A stretch of DNA of 64,000 nucleotides, taken from positions 1-64,000 of the IMG/VR virus record IMGVR_UViG_3300044712_002165, one strand, 5' to 3'. The notes beneath the pieces were generated by a model. That model was not told the origin of the DNA and searched no databases. It was given only the letters and a program-made list of their open reading frames with translations. The stretch is from a virus. The position numbers and the translations under genes are program-made. Below are positions 34,278-42,580 of the stretch, one piece after another (positions within the stretch are counted from its first letter, which is position 1; each line of letters starts with the position of its first letter).

Positions 34278-35945
34278 ATGCGACAATACCTTGCTGAAGG
34301 CGTAACGGGAGCAACTCCCTTTGTTGTTGATCGCAGCAAGCCCTTCGTCACGGAGAGCCGCCCCTCTGGCTCCGCATTCACCAAGATACCGGGTCGCTTC
34401 AGCGTCTGCGACTGCATCAACGGGAACAACCGCCGCTACAGTAAGCGCGTCTGGGAGAAGAACTTGAGCGACGGGTCTCCCCTGATGGATTCCATCGCCA
34501 AGAGCGCAGCCTTCGGTCTTCTTGAGCATCCCAAAGACGGTACGATCAGTCTTCTTTCCCCGATTTCCCACCAGGTCACCTCGGCAAAGCTCATCGAGAG
34601 CAAGGGTGACGATGGCAAGCCTGTCTACGAGGTGGTCGGTGAGATTTCCATCTACGACACCGAGGAAGGCCGCAAGCTGAAGGCCCTCATCGAAGGGGGC
34701 TACAACCCTTTGGTTTCCAGCCGAGGATACGGGTCCTTGGTGAAAGCGCCGGATGGCGTAGACGAGGTGCAGGAGGACTACGTCTGCGAAAGCTGGGACG
34801 TGGTCATCAAGCCGTCCTTCTCGACGGCTGAACTCAAACCAATGCGGGAGCCCGTGGCATCGACCACCGATTCCCGATTGGCTGCACCTCCGGCCCACGA
34901 ATCGAACCCTCAGAAGGAGCAGAAGGCACTTGCTGAGGGTCAGTCAGGTTTGAAGGAGTCGCCTTCAAAGCCGGGCGCAGCCGTCGCTGCCGCCACAACC
35001 CAAAAGAGCACCATGGAACTATCCGAAATCAAGAGCCGGCTCACGACGCTGCGCGGTATCGATGCCACCAAGCTCGATCCCACACGCGTCTCTGAGAGCT
35101 TGCAGGAAGTTGAAACCCTGCACCAGGAGGTTGCTACGTTCGGTGCTGCTGATCCCAAGCGGGCGTATGAAGCGCACCGCCTGCACCAGCAGCTCGACGC
35201 GGTCGCCAATCGCATCAACGAAGCCGTCGCCGCCCCGCGCAAGCAGGCCGCAAAGCTTCACGAGCACAACACCAAGCTCATGAAGGTCATCAACGCCGTG
35301 GCTGCCACCGCGTTGACCTACAGGAAGAAGCTCGGTGAGTCCCTCGGCAAGGAGGGCAAGACCTCGAAGATCGTCGAGGAACTCACCCGGCGCGGCCAGG
35401 GCTGGCACCAGCTCGCCACGGAGCGCAAGGAAGCCCTCGGGACCACGACCAAGAAGTTCGAGACCGCCTGCGAGGCCCTCGACATCATGGCGAAGCGCTA
35501 CCACGAGGACACCACCGCCCTCAGCCGCCGCCTCCTCCAGCTGGAGTTCAAGCAGCAGCTCGAAGCCAAGCCCGCGCTGGCCGAGAAGCTCTCCAAGGCG
35601 ACCCGCATGCGCCACGTCGCCGCCGTCCGCGAGGAACTCGAAGGCAAGAAGCCGGCCAAGGTTTCCGAGGAAGCCGGAGTCGGCAAGCCGTCCGACGGTG
35701 CAGCTCCTGGTAAGGAGGGCATCAAGGACGAGAAGCAGAAGGGTGCCCCCAGCCCCGACGAAGGCAAGGTCGCCGACGCTCCTGGCAAGGTCACCAACGA
35801 GTCGAAGACGCCTGCTGCTGACGGCAAGAAGCCCGTCCAGGAGGACAAGCAGAAGCTTTCGTTCACGACGCCGGGCGATCCCCGCGGCTTGAACGAATCC
35901 GTGGAAATGGTGCGCCGGTTGAGCGGTGCCACCGCCAACAAGTAG
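34278..35945 (+). CDS. Prohead protease (gp21-like) fused to coiled-coil scaffold
   Basis: NGNNRRY, GLLEHP, SH, T.EG..LKAL, VSSRGYGS, WDVV..PS; long helical C-terminal part. Confidence 0.92.
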   Translation: MRQYLAEGVTGATPFVVDRSKPFVTESRPSGSAFTKIPGRFSVCDCINGNNRRYSKRVWEKNLSDGSPLMDSIAKSAAFGLLEHPKDGTISLLSPISHQVTSAKLIESKGDDGKPVYEVVGEISIYDTEEGRKLKALIEGGYNPLVSSRGYGSLVKAPDGVDEVQEDYVCESWDVVIKPSFSTAELKPMREPVASTTDSRLAAPPAHESNPQKEQKALAEGQSGLKESPSKPGAAVAAATTQKSTMELSEIKSRLTTLRGIDATKLDPTRVSESLQEVETLHQEVATFGAADPKRAYEAHRLHQQLDAVANRINEAVAAPRKQAAKLHEHNTKLMKVINAVAATALTYRKKLGESLGKEGKTSKIVEELTRRGQGWHQLATERKEALGTTTKKFETACEALDIMAKRYHEDTTALSRRLLQLEFKQQLEAKPALAEKLSKATRMRHVAAVREELEGKKPAKVSEEAGVGKPSDGAAPGKEGIKDEKQKGAPSPDEGKVADAPGKVTNESKTPAADGKKPVQEDKQKLSFTTPGDPRGLNESVEMVRRLSGATANK

Positions 35946-35981
35946 CCAACACTCAACGCCCACATCTGAACCCACAAAGCT

Positions 35982-37445
35982 ATGGTTATTCTGCACGAAA
36001 CAGGACGGCCGATGCTGGCGAGTGAAGGCGGTCACATCAACCGCTTCACCGACATCCTCGAATGGGGTTACCGCCTGGCTGAGACGCCGGTCGGCACCCC
36101 CGAAAAGAACCCCCGCGGTCTCTGGGAAGCCAGGGGCTGGAAGGAGTTCGTCCAACACATGCCCGAGCACAAGCGCCCCATCGCGGCGATCATGCTCGAA
36201 AACTGCCGTTCCCGCTGGGGCCGGCTGGACGAAGTTACCCGGACCACAAGTCTCGGTACCTTTGATAAGTGGATCTTCCCGGTGATTGCGAACATGTCCG
36301 AGAACGACGTGATCGACCAGCTCGTCGCCATCCAGCCGATGGCCGGTCCGGTCAGTCAGATCGTTTACATGGACATCGTCACCGGACGCCGGAAGGGCCG
36401 CACGCCCGCTGGCGCGCCGATGTGGCGTGCGCTCCAGGGCGCGGTTGACCGCGACGACGACGCCGACGAGCTGATCCAGGACGAGACCGGCACCTCGAAC
36501 GGTTCCGGCGTGATCGTGCTGGAATGGACTCCGATTCGCGCCGGCACGCTGTCCGGCACCGTCGGCTCCATCTCGGTGGCCGACGACGGCAACGGCAACA
36601 TCATCAACGTGGCGTCCAACGCTACCGTCGGTACCGTCGTGTACCAGGGCACGGGCGCGGGCACGATCACCATCGCGTCGCAGGCGAACGCGAGCTACAC
36701 GCTCACCTACGCCTACAACTCGGAAGGCAACCTGGCGATCCAGGACTACGAGATGAAGCTCTCATCGACGCCGGTTACGGCGAAGGTGATGAAGCTGAAG
36801 ACCCTCTGGTCCGAGGAAGCCGACCAGAACCTCCAGGCGATGTACAACATCAAGGCCGAGAGCGTCCTGCTCAACGCCCTGACCAACGCGCTCCAGTACC
36901 AGAAGCACCGCCAGGTGATCTTCGATCTGCGCGCCAAGGCTGACGCCGGCTTCGTCGTCTGGGACGCCATCGCTCCGGCGAACGTCAACTACCAGACGCA
37001 CAAGTTCTCGATCATCGACGCGTTCGAGACCGCCTCGAACTTCATCTTCGGTGCCACGAACATGGTCGCCGGCAACTGGGTGCTCCTGGGTCTCCAGGCT
37101 GCCACCGTGGTGGCCACGCTGCCTCAGTTCGTGCCGAAGAACTCCCGGGTCCAGATGCAGGGCATCACCTACATCGGTGATCTTGGAAATAAGAAAATCT
37201 TCTCGGACCCGCACTATCCGAACAACGAGTTCCTCGTCGGCCACAAGGGCGACCAGTTCCTCACGACCGGGTACGTTCTGGCGGAATATCAAAAATTGTA
37301 TACAACGCCCGACGTTGTTCTCCCGGACTTCATCCACCAGCGCGGCTTCGCCACGAGCTTCGCTCGGAAGATGATCAACTCGAAGATGTTCTGCCGCGGA
37401 TTGGTTCAGAACTCTCCGACGGCGTTCGGCCAGACCATCGGCTAA
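35982..37445 (+). CDS. Major capsid protein (T4 gp23-like)
   Basis: QPMAGP, KLK..WS.EA.Q.L.A, GN, LVGHKG...GYVLA.Y; directly after protease. Confidence 0.95.
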   Translation: MVILHETGRPMLASEGGHINRFTDILEWGYRLAETPVGTPEKNPRGLWEARGWKEFVQHMPEHKRPIAAIMLENCRSRWGRLDEVTRTTSLGTFDKWIFPVIANMSENDVIDQLVAIQPMAGPVSQIVYMDIVTGRRKGRTPAGAPMWRALQGAVDRDDDADELIQDETGTSNGSGVIVLEWTPIRAGTLSGTVGSISVADDGNGNIINVASNATVGTVVYQGTGAGTITIASQANASYTLTYAYNSEGNLAIQDYEMKLSSTPVTAKVMKLKTLWSEEADQNLQAMYNIKAESVLLNALTNALQYQKHRQVIFDLRAKADAGFVVWDAIAPANVNYQTHKFSIIDAFETASNFIFGATNMVAGNWVLLGLQAATVVATLPQFVPKNSRVQMQGITYIGDLGNKKIFSDPHYPNNEFLVGHKGDQFLTTGYVLAEYQKLYTTPDVVLPDFIHQRGFATSFARKMINSKMFCRGLVQNSPTAFGQTIG

Positions 37446-37463
37446 GCGCTGACTGACTTCACG

Positions 37464-37500
37464 AAAAACCCGCAGCCTCACGGCTGCGGGTTTTTTGTTT
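37464..37500. terminator. Bidirectional intrinsic terminator
   Basis: AAAAA-cccgcagcc/ggctgcggg-TTTTTT between the capsid gene and the convergent repeat array. Confidence 0.85.
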
Positions 37501-37502
37501 AC

Positions 37503-38228
37503 GTTCCGGCCCTTCCTATCCTGTTCGGTCGTCTACCTTCCAATCCATGACTTTCCTTTCCTGCCTTTCCGTTCCTTTCCGCAACTTTCCTCTGCGCACC
37601 GCTCCACTTCGTTCCATTCCGGCCCTTCCCCTCCTGTCCATTCAGCTCCCTAGCACTTCTAACCGTTCCTCTCCTGCCCTTCCGTAGCCTTCCCTGCCGG
37701 TCCGATCCTTTCCTTTCCCATCAGCTCCTTTCCGAGCCGTTCCTGCCTTTCCATTAGCGTCCACACCATTCCTGCCGGTCCGGTCCCATCCCTTCCTATC
37801 CATTCCGCTTCTCGCCATTCCAATCCTCTCCTGCCGCTCCACTCCTCTGACCTCCGGTCCGTTTCTATCCCCGCCGCTCCTTTCCTGCCGGTTCATTCCC
37901 CTCCATGCCACTTTGCGACGCTCCACTCCTATCGTCTCCTGCCGGTCCGTTCCCCTCCATGCCGTTCCTCACCGTTTCACTCCTTGCCTCTCCTGCCGGT
38001 CCGATCCTTGCCATTCCAGTCCGCTCCTTTTCGTGCCTTGCCATTCCTGCCACTCCGATCCGATTCCTTCCACTGCGTTCCGATTCACTCCCTGCCGTTC
38101 CTCTCCTGCCCTTCCTCAACGGTCCCATCCACTCCACTTCTCTCCACACCATTCCTCACGGCTCCATTCCTGCCTTTCCATTAGCGTCCGATCCTATGCA
38201 ATCCACAACTGTCCAATCCTGCCGTTCC
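37503..38228 (-). repeat. Phased pentamer array: 13 units of GGC(A/C)-(GGA-NN)5-13, putative guide-RNA array
   Basis: On + strand, 132 in-phase NN-TCC-type pentamers broken only by 4-nt TGCC/GGCC spacers; modal unit 54 nt. Confidence 0.9.
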
Positions 38229-38232
38229 TTGT

Positions 38233-38694
38233 TTACGTTTTGGTACACCGTTTTCTCACTCTATCCACGGTGTCCCAAATTTCATGAAGGTGCGTGAAGA
38301 ACGCGTATTTTGCCTTCAGCCTGTCAAGCTCGCGGTAGAGCTGCTCAAGCAGCACTGTACTGTGCTGCGCGCTACTCATGACCTCGCCCACGGGTCTGTA
38401 CCCTCCGCCTTGTTCGCGGTCCGTGGTGAGGCTGATCCAGGCAGGAGCCGGGCTGCCGTTTGACAACGTTATTTCGATCTTACCGACGAGGTCTCTCGCC
38501 TCGACGATCCAGTATTTTTGAGCAGCTTCTTGAACATCCCAGGTAAAGTGCCTGTGGCATTCACTCTGTGGATGCGTGCGGGCAAACTCAACGATGTCGG
38601 CTAGGTGAAGTTTGCCGTCTTTGGAAGCAGCGCGGATTTTTTCGATTTCCCGCGCTGCCTTTTTGAGCCGACGTGGTTCAAAAGCGTTGTCCAT
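38233..38694 (-). CDS. Accessory protein of the RAMP-like operon
   Basis: IVEFAR.HP.S.CH.HFTWD..AA..YW..AR.LV motif; overlaps the upstream stop; its stop lies 4 nt before the array. Confidence 0.8.
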   Translation of the reverse strand: MDNAFEPRRLKKAAREIEKIRAASKDGKLHLADIVEFARTHPQSECHRHFTWDVQEAAQKYWIVEARDLVGKIEITLSNGSPAPAWISLTTDREQGGGYRPVGEVMSSAQHSTVLLEQLYRELDRLKAKYAFFTHLHEIWDTVDRVRKRCTKT

Positions 38695-39406
38695 TGGGAA
38701 GCAGAACTTCAAAGGAGCCCCATCCGCAGCCGTTGGATTGGCGTGAGTTCATGCGCCCTTCACCGAGGCCGTTTTGAAGACCCATGCGCCACAGCAAATT
38801 CGTCACGTCGTTGTGCGTAAACTGGTCCTGGTCCCATCCGAGAGTGACGACGGCTTCCCATCCGGGTTTCCACAGAGGGCGCGACTTGATGTCGAAAACT
38901 CCCGTAGCCAACCGGCCAGGGCCAAGGTGCTGTTCGGGCTCACCTTTGGTAATCCGAACGAGCGGGGTATTGTCGAACATGTCGTAGCCATCGGCAATGC
39001 ACCAGATCGACATTTTGGCCAGCGTCATTTTGTAATCAACCAGACGGCAAACAGAGATGATGCCGCAACGGATTGCAGTGGCGTTAAAGCCGTTCCAACC
39101 TTCGTTGGACACGTAGAGGGCGTCCTTCCAGAGCTGGTCAAAGTCCTTGGGAGCGCGTGAACCTTTCTTGGTCTTGGAAGTCGTTCCTTCGCGCTGTCTG
39201 CCCATGATTGCCTCCTGGGACTTGGTGCTGAACCGCTGAATGACCAAAGGCGTGGTGCCTCGAATCGTGAACTGTGCGCGCACCATGTTCGGCGCATTGA
39301 CCTGCACCTCTTTGGTGACGACTCGACTGGTTTCGTCCGGTGCGGGCGATCCGTTCGTCGCGGCTGATGTTCCGTTGTTGCGTGTCGGTTTGAGCGTTGC
39401 TTTCAT
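38678..39406 (-). CDS. Cas7/RAMP-like RNA-binding protein
   Basis: Strand-G-TTPL start, ATAIRCGI helix, SRP..W, Gly-rich end G..NGLGEGR...GWGSFEV; alternative start 39433. Confidence 0.7.
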   Translation of the reverse strand: MKATLKPTRNNGTSAATNGSPAPDETSRVVTKEVQVNAPNMVRAQFTIRGTTPLVIQRFSTKSQEAIMGRQREGTTSKTKKGSRAPKDFDQLWKDALYVSNEGWNGFNATAIRCGIISVCRLVDYKMTLAKMSIWCIADGYDMFDNTPLVRITKGEPEQHLGPGRLATGVFDIKSRPLWKPGWEAVVTLGWDQDQFTHNDVTNLLWRMGLQNGLGEGRMNSRQSNGCGWGSFEVLLPNGQRF

Positions 39407-39514
39407 TGTGTTGTACTCTGGGGTACGGCGCATACATTTTGTAAACGTTTACATTTTGTCAAACAGTTTTCTGCAATTGACGCATGCGCTGCTGAACCGT
39501 AACCTTCCGACAGG

Positions 39515-40159
39515 GTGGAAACCAAAGCTCAGCAGATCGCGGAGATGCTTTTGGAGCACAGGCGCTACGAAGCGTTACGTCCGGCTACGCCGCTTACCGC
39601 AGCGCAGCTCCTGGAGATGCCGCAGCACTACCCGGGCAACGTCATCTATCAGTCCAAGCTCAAATTCGTGCCGATCTCGCGCCGGAATTTCGGCAGCCAC
39701 ATCGTGATCGGCCAGGACGGTTTCTACACCTACGTCGTCGATCTTTCCCAGACGACGGGTTTCGTTTTCGTCAGCGCGGACATCGAGTCGGAGGCGCTCG
39801 AATTCGTCCCTGTCATGCAACTTCAGCTGCGCAAGTCGTCGCTTGACGGACTGCGCCAAGCCTTTCGCCTGCGTATACAGGAAGAGCATGCGCGCAAGGG
39901 CATCGCGACGACGTGGTACGTGTTGTTTGCTCAGACGTTCGGCGGTATCGTTTCCGACTTTGAGCACCTGGAAGGTGGCAAGAATTTGTGGCGTGCTTTT
40001 GTAGACAAAGCTGCGTACCGCGGACTGACGATTCACGCTGTTGACACTTTGACAGGTGAATCAGTTCCAGTAGGCCCGGAAACGTCGGATGATGCGATCT
40101 GGTCAACGGATCAGAGTAAGAGGAGTACCGTTTTGGTACTTCGCAGGTCAGCGCGTTAG
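39515..40159 (+). CDS. GNAT-like protein with N-terminal LLE tag
   Basis: AQQIAEMLLE; IQEEHARKGIAT..Y, IVSD....GG..LW. Confidence 0.65.
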   Translation: METKAQQIAEMLLEHRRYEALRPATPLTAAQLLEMPQHYPGNVIYQSKLKFVPISRRNFGSHIVIGQDGFYTYVVDLSQTTGFVFVSADIESEALEFVPVMQLQLRKSSLDGLRQAFRLRIQEEHARKGIATTWYVLFAQTFGGIVSDFEHLEGGKNLWRAFVDKAAYRGLTIHAVDTLTGESVPVGPETSDDAIWSTDQSKRSTVLVLRRSAR

Positions 40160-40166
40160 GTAGTGC

Positions 40167-41525
40167 ATGCGCACTACGATTGACTCTCCCGCCATTGAGT
40201 CCGCTGAGTTGCCGTCTGGCCGTCGAGTATACGTAGCCGACGTTCCTGTACAGGAAAACCCTACAGACATCGAAGTCTGGGAACCCCAGCACGAGGTCTG
40301 GCTGGCTCCGAAGGGTGCCAGTACCGTACCGGGCAAAGGCACTCAGTTCAACCCTCTGCGCGTCGGTACACCCCAAGAGTACGACGCTGTTTTCACGCGT
40401 CCGCTTGAAGCGATTCGCACGTCACCCAAGGTGTTTCGACTGTACCCTGGCGACTACTACACCCGCGGCGTCTGGGCGTTCGAGGCGCAGAACTACCACG
40501 CCATCGGTTCAGGCGAATCCTTGATCGGTTCAGGCAGCAGGCGAACAACGGTTCACCTGGACGCTGACAGCGCTCCCTTTACCACCAACGGTCAGCCTCG
40601 GCCGGACATCGGCGTCCTGTGGGTGGGAACGTACATGGGTCGGGCCGAGTACATGCGGGTTGAAGGTCTGTGCCTGCACGGTCACCAGGACAAGTTCCCG
40701 GCGGAGAAGCTGGTCACCTCAGGCGTGCGCGTCACGGGCAGCCATTTCGTCATCCGAGACGTGGGCGTACAAGGTCTGCGCGGCAGCGTGCCGGCGCAGT
40801 ACGAAGCCTTCCCGATCTCGTCGATCAATTTCGAGGGCCTACCGCTGACCAATCCTGCGGACGGCGGCGGTCTGATCGAGGACTGCTGGACGCGCAGCAT
40901 GGCGGACAACTCGTACGTCAGCGCCATCAGCCTCGGGTTCCGTCCATGCGGTCGTCCAATCGTTCCCAGCGTCATCCAGCGCTGTCACGTGGACAGCGGA
41001 CGCGGCAACTACTTCGGCTTCTCGGCGTGCCATTCGACCACGATCCGCGACTCTTCCTGCCGCGGCGTGAAGCAGGCCGTGTACAACGACACAGACAGCG
41101 TCCAGGACCTGCTGGTCTACGACAATCAGTTCGAGACCGAGTACGCCGGCATGTCGTTGATCGCTGTCGAAGCTTCGGCCGGCAAGAGCGTCGTGAAGGT
41201 TCAGCGCAACAGGTTCACGTTCGTGCCGACTGGCGCGTATGATCTTCCAGCCATCGCCTTGGTTGATCAGGCAGGTGCGCGCATCAGCAACATCCTGGTC
41301 AGTGAAAACGTGTTCGTGGCACCGCCGTCGAATCGGTTTGCTTTGGCCAGCATCAAGGCAGCACAGCTGTTCAACGTGAAGATCGTAAACAATGTGATCT
41401 CTTCTGGAACCGTTTACAGGAACCTCGTTGATCCGACGCCGAAGACCAACGTTACTCTGGCGTCCAACCACGAGTACAACGGCGGCCTGGTAGGGATTTA
41501 CCAGCCCTTGGCAATCGGTAGTTAG
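40167..41525 (+). CDS. Pectin-lyase-like beta-helix tailspike/depolymerase
   Basis: LYPGDY, LIGSG..TT, repeated I.DC/I..N parallel-beta motifs; TAGGTA-N4-ATG. Confidence 0.75.
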   Translation: MRTTIDSPAIESAELPSGRRVYVADVPVQENPTDIEVWEPQHEVWLAPKGASTVPGKGTQFNPLRVGTPQEYDAVFTRPLEAIRTSPKVFRLYPGDYYTRGVWAFEAQNYHAIGSGESLIGSGSRRTTVHLDADSAPFTTNGQPRPDIGVLWVGTYMGRAEYMRVEGLCLHGHQDKFPAEKLVTSGVRVTGSHFVIRDVGVQGLRGSVPAQYEAFPISSINFEGLPLTNPADGGGLIEDCWTRSMADNSYVSAISLGFRPCGRPIVPSVIQRCHVDSGRGNYFGFSACHSTTIRDSSCRGVKQAVYNDTDSVQDLLVYDNQFETEYAGMSLIAVEASAGKSVVKVQRNRFTFVPTGAYDLPAIALVDQAGARISNILVSENVFVAPPSNRFALASIKAAQLFNVKIVNNVISSGTVYRNLVDPTPKTNVTLASNHEYNGGLVGIYQPLAIGS

Positions 41526-41528
41526 GTC

Positions 41529-41828
41529 GTGGGCGAGATGACTCCATGGGCTCTTGCCGGCCCCCGACAGCCTCAGCGTGTTCGACGCCGCGTGCAGTAC
41601 AAGCGCGATCCCTACTGGTTCGCGTGGGCGTCGGTCACGCAAGGCACGAACCAGCTGCCAGTAATGATTCCGTCTACGGGACCTGGCGCAGCTGGATCGA
41701 CGTTTCCAAACAACCAGCCGCAGGTTGAGCAGGTTGAAATCACCGTTGAAGGCTTGCCTCCGACGACGTATGGCTCGAATATGGGTCGGCCGGCTGGACC
41801 AGGCGCGAATCTGCCGGGTGGTATATGA
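41529..41828 (+). CDS. Hypothetical late protein
   Basis: TAGTTA-N4-GTG. Confidence 0.6.
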   Translation: MGEMTPWALAGPRQPQRVRRRVQYKRDPYWFAWASVTQGTNQLPVMIPSTGPGAAGSTFPNNQPQVEQVEITVEGLPPTTYGSNMGRPAGPGANLPGGI

Positions 41829-42244
41829 TGCCTCCATCTGAACTGCTCGTTGCCTGTCTTCTTGAGAGCGAAGGACAGCTTGTCAGCGTCGTCTTGAGCC
41901 CGGAAAGCCAGCGGCGTCTCCTCGACCGATTCCCACCTGTCCATTCGGACGTGAAGGCGCACCACATGACGGTCGCCTACAAACCGGCGCAGCTTGATCG
42001 GTACGTGAACATGGTCGGCAAGCAGGTCGAGCTGAGCGTCATCGGCTACAGCGCGGATGAACGCGGTCAGGCTGTCCTGGTCATGGGGCCGAGCGAGAAC
42101 ATGCACCCGCACGTGACGATCTCGGTCGCTCCAGGCACGGAAGCCGTGTACAGCAACGAGCTGCTCAAGCAAGGCTGGGAGCCTGTACGGCCGAAATTGG
42201 CGCTCGACGGAGTGCTGACCATCGAAAACCTGGATCGTACGTAG
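41825..42244 (+). CDS. 2H phosphoesterase with N-terminal LLE tag
   Basis: HMT and HVT motifs; ELLVACLLES. Confidence 0.82.
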   Translation: MMPPSELLVACLLESEGQLVSVVLSPESQRRLLDRFPPVHSDVKAHHMTVAYKPAQLDRYVNMVGKQVELSVIGYSADERGQAVLVMGPSENMHPHVTISVAPGTEAVYSNELLKQGWEPVRPKLALDGVLTIENLDRT

Positions 42245-42262
42245 TTACGGAAAGGAACTGCC

Positions 42263-42505
42263 ATGCCCGACGCCATCAAACTCGACTTCGATCCCAACGC
42301 CCGTTACGACACAGGCCCCAACGCGGCCGGCTGTGGACGCGCCTCCGGCCAGGCAACGCTCAACGGCGGTGCCAGCAAGGGCCTCGACACCGACGGTGTC
42401 CTGTACTCGTCCCATCTTCGCACCGGACTGAACGCTGCCGGAGTGGCCCGCAACAATCCCGGACCCAACGTTGCCGGCGCTCCGCGCTCGTACAACCAGA
42501 CCTGA
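42263..42505 (+). CDS. Small Gly/Ala-rich late protein
   Basis: TAGTTA upstream and AAAGGA RBS; followed by terminator. Confidence 0.7.
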   Translation: MPDAIKLDFDPNARYDTGPNAAGCGRASGQATLNGGASKGLDTDGVLYSSHLRTGLNAAGVARNNPGPNVAGAPRSYNQT

Positions 42506-42545
42506 TCTCCTCTCGCTCAGTGCTGCTCCCAGTCGGGTCGTCATG

Positions 42546-42580
42546 ACGCGGTCTACTTCACGGTAGACCGCGTTTTGTTT
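42546..42580 (+). terminator. Intrinsic terminator
   Basis: acgcggtctac/gtagaccgcgt followed by TTTGTTT. Confidence 0.75.

Noticed and set aside
37503-38228. CRISPR array or simple microsatellite
   Set aside because: No identical 25-45 nt repeats with contiguous spacers and no cas1/2. Fixed phase, regular delimiters and variable NN also do not fit a slippage repeat.
37642-38297. ORFs over the pentamer array (37642-37926, 37865-38152, 37905-38297 and others)
   Set aside because: Low-complexity by-products of a 5-nt period on both strands; no frame spans the array.
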